This document shows, in pieces, positions 12,366 through 24,401 of a stretch of DNA of 64,000 nucleotides. The DNA lies in assembly GCF_009834535.1 (NCBI RefSeq), contig NC_045697.1, forward strand, positions 102,922,001 through 102,986,000, read 5' to 3'. Positions within the stretch are counted from its first letter, which is position 1, and every line of letters begins with the position of its first letter. This DNA is from Camelus ferus (taxonomy: Eukaryota). Under the pieces are notes generated by a model. That model saw nothing but the letters and a program-made list of their open reading frames with translations. It had not been told where the DNA came from and ran no database searches. Made by a program: the position numbers and the translations under genes.

Positions 12366-12800
12366 TGTTGTTTGAATTGTGTTTCTCCAAAATTCCCATG
12401 TTGAAGTCCTAACACCTGGCACCTCAGAATGTGACCTCATTTGGAAACAGGGTTGTTGCAGAGGTAATTAGTTAAGACAAGGTCAAACAGGATCAGGGTG
12501 CATCCCTAATTCTATACAACTACTGTCTTTATACAAAAGGGAAATTTGGACACAGACACACACCTAGGGAAAATGAAGGCATCAAGAAGAGATCTACGGC
12601 TAAGGAAAGCCAAAGATGGCCAGCAAAGCACCAGAAGCTAGGAGACAGGCCTGAAGCAGATTCTCCCTCAGAAGGAACCGACCCTGCCAGCACTTTGATC
12701 TGAAACTTCTAGACTCCCCAGCTATGAGACAATACATTTCCACTGTTTAAATCACCCGGTTTATAGTACGTTGTTATGGGAGCCTTGGGAAACCAATACA
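12366..12800 (+). mobile_element. MaLR solo LTR (MLT1B/C)
   Basis: TG start, gttgaagtcctaacacc..cctcagaatgtgacctcatttggaaa..ccagaagctagg..aaccaataca end. Confidence 0.9.
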
Positions 12801-12984
12801 GGATGCATGGAACCATGGCATCATTGTTTTGGTTTACAAGTGGTTCACATATTTGGTACAGAAGAAGCGCTCAACAAGTATATGTTGAATGAGAAATGGG
12901 AAAATGATGCCACAAGACTGCTTCAAGGAGGGCAAGGTAGATGGGGGGCAAGGAAGATGGGAAATAGAACATCATCACCAAGAA

Positions 12985-13070
12985 TATGTGTGTATGTGTG
13001 TGTGTGTAACTGAATCACTGTGCTGTACATCAGAAACTAACACAACACTGTAAATCAATTATACTTCAAT
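12985..13070 (+). mobile_element. L1 3' tip
   Basis: taactgaatcactgtgctgtacatcagaaactaacacaacactgtaaatcaattatacttcaat. Confidence 0.85.
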
Positions 13071-13117
13071 TAGATAGATAGATAGATAGATACATAGAAA
13101 GATACATAGATAGATAT

Positions 13118-13152
<35 letters not shown>

Positions 13153-13188
13153 AGAAGAAAGAAAGAAATAAAGAAGAAAGAAGAAAGA
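13071..13188. repeat. (AGAT)n/(AGAA)n microsatellite derived from L1 tail
   Basis: Directly visible; runs into the gap. Confidence 0.95.
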
Positions 13189-13288
13189 NNNNNNNNNNNN
13201 NNNNNNNNNNNNNNNNNNNNNNNNNNNNNNNNNNNNNNNNNNNNNNNNNNNNNNNNNNNNNNNNNNNNNNNNNNNNNNNNNNNNNNNN
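13189..13288. other. Assembly gap (100 N, probably unknown size)
   Basis: Exactly 100 N. Confidence 0.99.
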
Positions 13289-14689
13289 CAACCAGTCCAT
13301 GTGTCACAAGTACTTTTAATTTCGTCAATGATATGTGATATACGACACTGAATATTCGTCATGCCAATCAACACTTAAAAACCGGAGATTTGCTTCTGAC
13401 ATTTAGTATGCTGATTGGCAGGGTGGAGACTAGAGATACAGAAAACCCCATGAACTATCATTGCCCCCCTCTGGAATGTGCTGAACATCCCTGAGCTGAT
13501 ACACTGTGAAGGTCCGATAGCTTAACCTAAGAACATTTTAAAGTAGATTACAGACCGTTTTCATACCGTCTTGTGCATCAGGCACAGCACCTGGCCTAGA
13601 GGAACCACTCGAAGTTTGCTGAATTGAACAGGCTGATTTGAAGAGCTCATAAATTGGAATATGGTTGCATCAACCGGGCTACTTGTTCATAAACAGGTAG
13701 GGTGTTAAGATTACTTCAACTCCTAGGATTCATTTTTGTTTTCCAGTTCTCCTGGGGCACTCTGGAGAAAACCCTTGGTTGGCTTCAGGCCCCTGATCGG
13801 AACTGGATATATTTTTGTTGTGATTCCAAAATGGGGACACAACACAAAGCCATTTATTAGCAGACTTTGTGAATGATTCTTTCAAGTGATGATTTAAATT
13901 ACATATTAGTAAGAATTGCTTACATACTTGTAGGTAAGATATTTAATTGTTTATAAAAGAATGAGATTTTTTTCTTTCTTTTTTTTTTTTTTTTTTTTTT
14001 TGGTTGGGGCAGTATCCGCCCACCCCTGAGAAACAGGCCAAATCTTCCTTATTTCACTGCCTTCCTCTGAGAGGCTTTAGGAATCCAGAGGTGGGAGCTC
14101 GAAAGCTGGTCCAGGTGCACCGTGGACTGCTGCGCACGTCCTTTTCTGAACAATACTGGGTGAGAGAGCTAAGGAAGGGGCGTCCCACACCTCCCAGCAC
14201 GACCGGAAGCTGGTCCGTAGAAGCCACACAGAGAGCTGTCCCAGCATCGACAAACTGAAGCCCCCTCAGTTCTCCTTTCTGGCTCTCAAGGCATAGTTTG
14301 GAGTCCTAGCAAAGGAGAAAGCCATGTATTTATTTATTTTATTGAAGTGTAGTCGGTTTACACTGTTGGGTTGATAAAGCCATTCAGATGCTCTTTTCAA
14401 ACTATTTTCATCTGAAGTGACTTTAAAAAAATTCACAAAGTCATAAGCTCTTTGCTGCAGTCCTGTCTTATTTCCCAACTCACTTCAGGTTGAAAACCCT
14501 CACTCTTAGGATGAACGGTAGTGTCTCTTTAATTAAACGGACTGTTTCTGATAAGCATCAGCTCCACTCACCTCCTCCTCCCCCTGGAACACGTAGTTTT
14601 CTTCCCATACCCCTGTCCCTGGATAAAGATCTGTGACTGCACCTGCACCGATATGCATCAGGTGTTCCCAACTAACACGAGCGTTGGCT

Positions 14690-16730
14690 TTACCAGCTCG
14701 GAAAGTCCCCTTGTCTTTCTGCCCCCGCGCTGAAGAGAAAGCCTGCCCTTCTGCACTAGTGCTTTGATTTCTGGCAGTCTGCGGCTTACTGGAAGACCAC
14801 ATGTGCTTGCTCAATGTCTTTATTTTGCCAACAAAACACCCACAGTCTCAATGATATTTTCAACCCCTCATACCCTATCCTGCTGTCTATTTATATCGAC
14901 ATCCAGACATTTCAGTTTCACCATTGGCACAGAAATAACATTTCTGTGTTAATAACCCCTTACTGCCAGCCACAGCTCAAAATTTTCCTGTATGAAAGAT
15001 TTTTTTGATAATTCTCTTTGGCTTCTAAGAAACCATCCACTTAATATTGTGTGATTTCAGGAGCTTTTGAAAAGCAGGGGCCCAACCATTCCTCTTTAAA
15101 GCACCATGTCTGTAACAGCTGTCAGAAGATGTGAGTTATTAATCACTGGGACAAACACACTTGACGTATATTCCTCGGCTGTGCTATTACTGGTTTACTG
15201 TGGGATCGTGTATATCACCGTAGAATGTGGAATTGCAAAAACTCTGCAATGATTTTTAAAATATTTATTCGCCTCTGCTCTTAGGTGGGAGCCTAGGATT
15301 TGGGCGGGGAAGACAAGTACGCAGGGCTATGGTAGAGTCAAACCCCATGGTAACACACCCCAGGATAATGCAGATTCACATCTAATCCAGCTAGCTCCTG
15401 TCCTCTGTCCAGTGCCAATTTCCAAATCCAAGTGGGTTAGTGTTCTTCTGTTCCGGGAAGTAGGCTGAGACTATCGGGGTGGGGGGGCCATGAAGTTTGA
15501 TGGGGAAACAGCAGGCAATCCCAACTGGGAAGCAAGAAACTAGAGCGTAGGTCTACAGTAATCCACAGCTCAGTCTTTCAAATGGAAGAAGGTTGGGTGG
15601 ACAGAATAGCTTTCAACATAGCAGCAGACTCCTGGAGTCGCTCTCACTGTCCTGAAGTCCCAGCCAACACAGACCCAGAGTCATCCCCATTGGTATTTGG
15701 CTAGTGAGGGGTTGGGGGCAGGAGGAACTCCCACCAAGTGGCTCCAAATGCTGCAGGAATCTGGATGGACTGGGGTCACACTAAGAATTCCCTAGGATTA
15801 CTCCTGGCTGGTGGGCTAGGTAATTTTATTAACCTTGCAGTAATGTAACTCCACATGTTACCTCCTCAACTGTAAGTCTTTTTGGACCCTACTTGCTGTA
15901 TTATGGTGGGATTCCACCATAGCTCCCTACTTTCTATTAAAATGTGGTTGAAATTTCCTTAACACTGTGGGACTTAGATAAGGATATTATGACGTTAGCT
16001 CTTCAGCTTATAAATCTTCTCCCTATTCCTGAAAATTATTCTAGCAAATAAGGTTAAGATCACACTTTTCAGGCAGCTTGCAAAACAAAGGTAAACTATA
16101 TTTCAGACTCTGGCAGTGGGATATATATCCGTGTCGTGTGTGCATACACACGCACACACGTGTGTGTGTTCATATATTTAAACATGCTGTCATTTTTACT
16201 GATTGAAGGCAAAGGCATAGGCGCATTTAATTTTGCGCTTAATATGCAGATTTGAGAAGCTAACACACAGGATGTAAATGAGAAGTAAACCAAGGAAGCA
16301 TCGGGGCGTCTGTTATGGGTACCACATCAGACTGATGCCCCATTCGTAATTACATTTGAGCATTTTAATTTTTTTTTCCTCCCATTTCCAAAGACAGAAG
16401 TTGGCAGCTGTTTCAGTGTATGATGAGTGTAGGGCGGAAAATGCACTGAAGCGGGTCATTACTGTTTGGGGAAGAAGCCCAGAAGTGGTCTCCTCATTTA
16501 CGTAAGTACCGTGTGAGTAGGCTCCATTGTCCTGGTGGGCAGCATCACTCTGAAAAGATTTCCCTTGTTCTGGGAAGAGTCTCGTAAGTGGCTTGAGTCA
16601 CTTAAGTGCAGGGTGAGCTGGCTGTTATTCCGGGAGAGGAACGTAACCAGAACTTTGATGTTTGAAGTATCTTTAAAAAATTGTGAGGTCATTACTGCAG
16701 AAGGCGGCGGGAACTTCCTTGGCCAAGTAC
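14690..16730. promoter_or_regulatory. Candidate inducible enhancer region (NF-kB, STAT, AP-1 motifs)
   Basis: GGGGACTTTCC minus 14700-14710; TTCCGGGAA 15451-15459; TTCTGGGAA 16568-16576; TGAGTCA 16594-16600; GGGAACTTCC 16709-16718. Confidence 0.35.
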
Positions 16731-18249
16731 TCCTGGGGCCATGTTGCTGTCTCAGAAATGAGTCTGAGGAGGAATAGAAGGTGTTTGACCACTAAGAGAG
16801 CTTTGGAATCAGGAATCTCAAGGCCTGAGACTCCTATGATGAGATTCTGGGGGTGGCCTTTTCCCATAAAGAATTTCTGTGGAAGGCCTTGACTTTGAAC
16901 CATTCGTAGCCGCAGGAGTACAGAACAGCGCTTCCTCCAAGGGGCTCTAGCCCTGTCCTGAAGACGGCTTCTAAAGTGTGGCATCTCTTCACCTTCTTGG
17001 TGTTGTCCCAGAGGACTCAACACAAGTGCTTTGAGGCACTTCTCACCCCACAGCTCTCAGCCTTCAGTGCACTGCTTTTCTGGAGCCGAGTCTGCAAAGC
17101 CTCAACTCTGTGAGACAACAGAACCGTGAAAGGGCTTTAAGCAGGCAGGTCCCGGCTAGTTTGGATAACACTGATCCACAGGACCGAAGCTCCCAGGCTC
17201 CTTGGCTGCTGCAGGAATCAAGTACTCCCCCCAGCTTGGCGGTTGGGCCATGACCCCCTAAGATGAGCTTCCACTCAGTGGTCAAGGCCCCTGCACTATG
17301 GTCCTTGGTGTCACTTCAACTTAACCCTCTTCCTCAAGTCACTCCTGTGCACTGCGGGCCCTCTGCAGGCCTAATGAAGAGATGTGTTGGAAGAGAAAGG
17401 ACGGGTCTCTGGACTTGCAGTCATGAGGAAGCTCAGGCATTGCACCCAGAGACTAGACGGGGACAAGCTCAGGGTACTCTGTCCTGGGCTGAGGGTCGCC
17501 CCAACTCCACAAAAGGCGCAGAAGTAACACACGGAGAAAGGTCATGGTTCCAGGCTATCAAATGGAAAAAGCAAGAGACTGAAACACGCTGAGGTAACAC
17601 ACATGCGTACACATACACACATACACATATATATTTATGAATATAGACTACTTCCAGTTACATAAATCTTCGGCAGTAAATACCCAAATGAAATTAAGAT
17701 TGGAATAAAGAAAAGGCCAAAGAATAGTTTCTCTCAGGAAGCAGACCTAGAGCAGAGCAAAGCAGCTGGAAGTTCAAGTCCACACAAGAGATCTATGTCG
17801 ACAGCAGAAAGAGATACTTTCCCACTGGCCAAGCCATCGGGGTTTCCCTGAGTCATACTTGGCTTTGTCATTAGAAAAGGTCTGTTTACATTAAGGTACT
17901 GGAAAGTCTATGACCCTGTTTTAACATTGGAGAATCAACCTCTGGTCAGAAAATTGTTGATTCCTTTCTTCTGTGATTCATTACCTTGAAGCCTCGGGTT
18001 TCCTGGAATTCTTTTAAAATTCCAGTTTTTTTAAACCATGACTGTTACACACCACCATTTTGGATCACACATTCCTCTTGCAGAGGATGGGCTTAATCCT
18101 CTCACTGTTCAGATAAAGCTGTTTGTCTTTTGTGTCTCCTGCCCCCACAAAATCAGAGATCTGGGTTATTTCTGAATTGCATAAAAATGTAATAATTATT
18201 TTATTTTACATGTTATCATCTTTCTTTTTGCAAAATGTTATTGTTGTTG

Positions 18250-18500
18250 TAATAGCTACCATTGACTCATAACTATTTATTTATTACACGTTTACTATGT
18301 GCTGGGCACCACTCTCGGAGCTGCAAGTGATTGTCACTAAACAAGGTGACTTATGATGTGTCTAGTCCTCACAACAGTGTGGAAAGTGGGGACCAGTCAT
18401 CCCATTTTATAGATGGGAAGACACTGAAGATCAGAGAACTTAAGTCACTTGCTCAAAATCAGGCAGCTACTAAAAGGCAAGGCACTTTCTTAATATCTAA
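18250..18500 (-). mobile_element. MIR SINE
   Basis: tttactatgtgctgggcac..cccattttatagatgggaagacactga..ttaagtcacttgctcaa core. Confidence 0.8.
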
Positions 18501-19943
18501 TTGCATAGCACCTTCTGCTAAACCAGAATAAATCTTGGAAAACTTTTTTCATTTTTTTCAGTTAATCTATCAATAAAAATTTTTATTTTGACTCTATATT
18601 GGTTCTCACTGCTGGCAGCAGCCATTCTGCTTGTCAAAATATAATTTCTTTCTATTTATTTTATAAGCAGGGTAACTCTGATACCCAAGGACTTCACCAT
18701 CTCCCTTACTCTAGGGAAAGCAGAGTCAACCTTCAGTGGGAGAACGTGGGGAGAGAGAACTGGGAAGACTTGATCAAGGGAGTTTGGGAAACCAAGACAC
18801 GTTGGAATCAGATCTTCCTAGTAAATATTCACTACTATCTTTGAAATAAATTTGACTGTGTTTTGGTTACAAGACTTGAGTCTGGCTCTTGCCAGGAAAT
18901 CAGTGCTCCAAAGCTAAAGTAGTTTCCATAAATAATTGACAGTTGCTGCATCTAGGATATTATTCCCAGAGCACACGTTTCTCAGCCCCCTTCTAGATTT
19001 GAGGTGGATGACTTGGCAGGACGTTCACATATTAACTTAAAATATTTACCAAGATATTCATGTTTATACCAAGCAAAAATGTAAAAAAGGTTTTCTTGCC
19101 CCGTGTTATTTATAAAATAATCAGTCCTTTGGTATGTAAGACCCCACTTATTCTGTCTTCCATCTTCCACTCAAGTCATATTTGGGGAGTATTTTAGACG
19201 TATCTGACACTGGCATTTTACTGATTATTATACTATTATCCTAATTTGTAACCGTATAGATCTAAGAGGACTAAACCAAGGAGTAGCTAGTGGCATTCAG
19301 TGCAATCTGGCTGGGAACCACATGAACTCATGGTGGATGAGCTCAGCCAAGCTTGACAAGAGCTGCACATTATTTCTGTTTGCATTTCTAGCATTTATCA
19401 CAGGATCTAGAGTATTCACCAATGTTGTTAAATATTAAAATATTGATAACAGCGGTGGTATGGAGGCCTTCCTTCTCCTAGAGGGACTCACTTGCTAACA
19501 TCTGCACGTTCAACCCATTTGGGCAAACTGAGGCCTCACTGTGGGACTGTCCTGAGTGTTCCCTGGTTGCCCGGGGCGTAGCTGGACTTGCTCGGCCAAA
19601 CCTACCTTCTCCTCTGCAGGTTCCGCTCAAGTTGTCTTTCTTTCTCCCTCTCTCTACCCTTTTCTTTGGTTGGTTGAAATTTTGAGAACTTGTTTAGATA
19701 TGTGGGTCTGGGGCCAAATAAGACTATTTCCTGTGTGAAGTTTACCTTCACCCTTGAGTTTTGTCTGGGTGCTGTGGGTGGGGGGACCTCGGGCTTTGGG
19801 CCTGTGACCATAGAGGACGTTGCACCTCACTGTCAAGGAAATTCTCTTTCCATGGACTTCAGAGCGTACAGTCCCCAGCATTGACTTTGAGGATTAAGTC
19901 AGGGGAAGGAGGGGGAAGATTTAGATGTCAACTTTTTGTCTTT

Positions 19944-20033
19944 TTTTTTTTAATGGAGGTACTGGGGATTGAACCCAGGAACTTCATCATGCATGCTAAG
20001 CACGTGCTCTACCACTGAGCTATACTCACCCCC
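19944..20033 (-). mobile_element. Vic-1-type SINE
   Basis: tRNA-Ala-like head, A tail, perfect TSD caactttttgtcttt (19929-19943 / 20034-20048). Confidence 0.92.
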
Positions 20034-20304
20034 CAACTTTTTGTCTTTCTGCGTAAGATAAGTGCATGGATACTTCCTGATGCATAATGGACTCACTGGT
20101 CACCATAGAGCCAAGTAGAGAAGGTCCACCATTTCCCAAGGGCCATTCACATCTGGCTTTTGATACAAGGATCAATGCTTCCTCCTGAAGTGTGGGACTG
20201 GGTGTTCCAGTTGCCTCCAAACACTTATTGGCGATTTGAGAAATGGTAGGTGGCAAAGATTCTGTGAGTCATGAGAGTATCCACTCTACTGGCTCTGGCA
20301 CCAC

Positions 20305-20358
20305 CACACACACACACACACACAACACACACACGCACACACACACACCGCGCGCACA
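20305..20358. repeat. (CA)n microsatellite ending in CGCGCGCAC
   Basis: Directly visible. Confidence 0.9.
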
Positions 20359-21664
20359 ATGTGGAGAGAATGCCTCAAGGTCTGTAAAATTCATGCAGAG
20401 TTCCAGGCCCCCTTTTGGGGAGGAGATGGTCTCCTTTCCACCTTTCTGGCTGGCTTTCGCCTTCAGCCCTCTTGGCCCTTTCCTGGCATGTATTCTGGGT
20501 CCCAATGATCAGGCTATAAAGACAATTATTTTTCTCAGCTCCCCTGGAAAGAAAACTCCCTTCTTATCTTAACCTCTAACATTTGCTGCTGACGTTTCCG
20601 CTGGAGCTTAACATGGGAGGAGCTTTTTGTCATTGTTGAGGTGTCTTTTGTTTAACTGAATTACTTACAGTTTGGCCTTTCCAGTGACCTGAAATTTCTA
20701 TTGGAAAAGTGGATATTGGTGTCTTGGAAGAAATGAATAAGGTGACCATGGATATGATTAAGAAAAATAATTACCAACAGACATCTACCCAGGTGAGTAG
20801 ACTTGGCAGACTACAGTGTTCAGGTTTTCTGGAAGATAATAACCTTTCTTTTTGTGTGTATGTGTGTGTGCATTTATATGAAAACTCTCCGAAGTTTGAA
20901 AAACTAACTGTTTTCCAAGTTCAGTTCAGCAAAATTTATTGTCAAGAACTGGAGATAAAGAAGACTATGGCGTGGTCGTTTCCATCCCTCACACCTTGCT
21001 CTTCATGTCCAGTCCTCCTACGTTCACTGAACACCGCCTTCTGTTCCACACTTTGACACGGCTTCTCCTGCAGTTTCCCTCTGTAAGAATGCCTTTCCGG
21101 CTCCGAGCACCTGCTGAACCCACATCCCTGTTTTGAAGGGCTCTGCAGGCAGGAAACAGCCCTCCTCCCCTTCCCAGGTGGTGGCCCCTAACAGCCTTGG
21201 ATAGGCTGGCGAGAGAAGCTCTTTGCTCCTGCCATCTTGCACACGTAGGAGAGCCCATTGTGAACACCACACAACACAGAGGCATAGCCACGCTCAGTCC
21301 TCTACCCTTCTAGAACTTTAGTCTTGTTTGGCCAAATCTATTTCTGTTGCTCAAAGGAAAAGTGGAAAGTTCTCTTATAATTCCCCACTGAGCATAGTCT
21401 AGGCTAAGTAAGGAGCATTCAGTATTTAGCAAATATGTATTTAATGCCAGAAGGTCACCATCAATAATTAACTTAGCTACTCTTGGGTGTTGATAGCTTA
21501 TCTTCTACCTGTCCTGACTGAGACACCGGTTGGCAGGAGTGGAGGGCCAAGTCCCCTTGGGTGTAAAGCTGGGTAATTAAAGATATGACCTTTACTAAGA
21601 CTTGACATTCCTAAGAAAAAAAATAATGAGTATTATGTACTGCAGATATGTGAAATACAAACAC

Positions 21665-22815
21665 TTTTTTTTTTATTGTGGTAAAATTGCAGAAGAGAGT
21701 ATTTGCCATCTTAATCATTTGTAAGTGCACAGTTCGGTGGTATTGAGGATATTCACATTGCTGGGCAACCAGTGTCAAGAACTTTTGCATCTTATGAAAC
21801 TGAAACTCTATACCCATTAAACAACAATTTCCTCTTTCCCCTCCCTCCAGCACCTGGCAACCACTATTCTACTTTCTGTTTCTGTGAGCTGACTACTCTA
21901 GGTACCTGGTAGAGTAGAATCATATAGCATTTGTTTGTTTTTTATTACTGGCTTATTTCATGTAGCATAATGTCCTTAAGGTTCATCCACGTTCTTGCAT
22001 GTGTCAGAGTTTCCTTCCTTTTTAAGGCTGAATAATATTCCATTGTGTATATATGCCACATTTTGTTTAGCCATTCATCTGCCAATAAAGTTTTGGGTTG
22101 CTTCATCTCTTAACCATTGTGAATAGTGCTGTTATGAACATGAGTTTGCAAATATCCCTTTGAGATTCAGAAGTAGAATTGCTGATCATATAGTAATTCT
22201 ATTTTTAATTTCTTGAGGCACCATTATACTGTTTTCCATAACACTTGCCTCATTTTACATTCCCACCAGTAGTGCACCAGTTTCTCTACATCCTTAACAA
22301 CAGTTGATATTTTCTGGGTTTTTTGTTTTATTTTTTAATTGAAGTGTAATTGATTGACAACATTAGTTTCAGGCATACAGCAAAGCGATTCAGTTCTATA
22401 TATAAGTACATATATATGTATACATACATATATTTTCAGATTCTTTTCCATTATAGCTTATTACAATAAATTAGATGTAGTTCCTTGTACTATACAGTAG
22501 GTCTGATATTTTCTGTTTTTATGATAAACAGTAGCCATACTGATGGGTATCAAGTGACATGTCACTGTGGTGTCGATTTGCATTTCCCAAATGATTAATG
22601 AAGTTGACAATCTTTTTATGTACTTTTAATATATTCTTCTCCTATGTATTCAAGTCCTTGGCCCATTGTAAATTGGGTTACTTTTGCTGTTATTGTTGTT
22701 GAGCTTTAGAAGTTTTAAAAAATATATTCTAGATACTAATTTCTTATCAGGCATATGATTCGCAAATATTTTCTTCCATTCCATAGCTTGCCTTTTTATT
22801 CTGTTGGTTGTGTCA
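21665..22815 (-). mobile_element. L1MB/L1MA-type 3' region with nested younger L1 3' fragment (22317-22503)
   Basis: ORF2 relic RIKRQAMEWKKIFANHMPDKKLVSRIY; nested TSD tgatattttctg (22305-22316 / 22504-22515). Confidence 0.9.
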
Positions 22816-22884
22816 AATATTAAATTGGAATACAATTACAACAAATATCTCAAGGGCTAGGATTTTTAATTTCCTGAAATGTTT

Positions 22885-23210
22885 ATTTATGTATGTATGT
22901 ATGTATGTATATATGTATGTATGTATGTTTGAGTATAGGTAAATTTATTCAGAGAAATGCACACTCCATAGACAGAGTACAGGCTGTCCCAGGAGACCAG
23001 AGAGGCCATGAGGCATGGGGGGTGGTGTTTACTTTAAAGTAAAAGTAGTTACATTCTCCATAGCCAGAGCGCAGGCTGTCTCTGAAGGTGAGAGGGAGCT
23101 GAGACACAGCAAGAGGCTTAGGAGATTCACAGCCCATAGGCAGAACGCGTGCTCTCAAGAGGGGAGAGGCGGCCTCAGAGCATGGAGTTGTCTTGGAAAG
23201 TGAGATCAGC
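22885..23210 (-). mobile_element. Poly(A)-tailed, TSD-flanked retroposed copy of an ERV1 LTR-like short transcript
   Basis: TSD cctgaaatgttt (22873-22884) / cctgaaattttt (23211-23222); AATAAA 22949-22944 then (CATA)n tail; body agagaaatgcacactccatagacagag resembles artiodactyl ERV1 LTR sequence. Confidence 0.7.
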
Positions 23211-23671
23211 CCTGAAATTTTTAGAAAAGAGATTCATTCCTCACACAAGGTCTGTTTCTGAAATTCCCCAAAACTGTGGAACACTGAGATTGGGAGACAA
23301 GATAATCAGGATTTGGAAATTTTCAACATACGTAAAGCATGGTGCATTTTCCCCCATGGAGAGCACGGTTGGCTGGATAAAAGAGAAGTGGTGTGTAAAA
23401 GATGTAAGATGAACAGGCAGGTGCAGATCCTGAGGCAGGTGGGCACCTAAAGTAGTGAAGGGAGTGCAGAACCAACCATCTAGATGTTGATGCATAAAAA
23501 TCAGGATTCTAGTCTGGAAACCTAAGGTGAAAAGAGAGGACCCTAATCAACTTACACAAAATCGTAAACAATGACAAGAGAAAAGAAGCAGCATAAGCTC
23601 ATTCAAGATTTAAATTTGCTCAAGTAATCGTGCTTCCAGATCACGAGGAGGTCAATCTGGAGTACAGTCCC

Positions 23672-23746
23672 AGCACACACAAGGTCCTGGGTTCAATCCC
23701 CAGCACCCCCTCTAAAATGAATGAATGAATGAATGAATGAATAAGC
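23672..23746 (+). mobile_element. 5'-truncated Vic-1-type SINE with (GAAT)n tail
   Basis: aaggtcctgggttcaatccccagcacc; TSD gagtacagtccc (23660-23671) / gagcacagtccc (23747-23758). Confidence 0.88.
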
Positions 23747-24401
23747 GAGCACAGTCCCCTTAAGACTAAGAGGAAAACAATAGGCTTCTGGTTGACTGCT
23801 TTGTGGCTCTCAAGGAATTGATGACAGCAAACACGGAAAAAAGAAACAACAAAACTTATTTCAGATTTCTAAATCTGAGCCCATAAAACAAAGCGTTACT
23901 TAAGAATTCAAAAGCTAAGAGCACTGGGAGCTGGACTCCTTCTTGACTCTTAATTGCCAGGCCCAGCCCGTGGCCACCAGCAAAGAATTCTGCCCAGAAT
24001 ACTCTGTGCTTCCAGCTGGAGAGTTGGTGTGGGGCCTCAGGTGACCCTGGCTGTGCAGCAGAAAGATGGAAAGCTCTGAATAATCTAACCCTGTTCCACA
24101 TTTGAGGCCTACCCAAGTCAACCAGCAGATGCCAGAGCAAACAGAGACATCAGATATTGATTTTGGAAACTTATCCCAGAAAACTAACCTGGGCCAAAGA
24201 GAGTTTAGCATTCTGGATGTGAATGAGGAAGGCAGCGGCCTGTCAGAGGACCACTGACTTCTTTCTACCCAGCAGCTCGAGTCAGGGAGACCTGAAAAGA
24301 GAGACTTCCACCCTGGCAGAACCAGGCCCGGCATGCCAGGTGGATAATGGACGTCATGATTAATGAACAGACCCTAAGACACAAGCAGAAATTGCCTCAG
24401 T

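Larger units (their letters stand above)
22816..24350 (+). pseudogene. Candidate decayed intronless coding sequence (parent unidentified), interrupted by two insertions
   Basis: ~85 open codons reconstructed across the 22885-23210 insertion; later frame ..EHWELDSFLTLNCQAQPV..QMPEQTETSDIDFGNLSQKTNLGQREFSILDVNEEG.. with scattered stops and a 139-codon antisense shadow ORF. Confidence 0.3.

Noticed and set aside
13059..13374. ORFs containing X runs; also 60491-60732
   Set aside because: Artefacts of the N gap and microsatellites.
13966..14002. Long poly(T) as tail of a retrocopy
   Set aside because: No adjacent poly(A) signal, TSD or recognisable body.
15330..15830. Possible ancient LTR relic
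   Set aside because: Could not match termini or family motifs with confidence.
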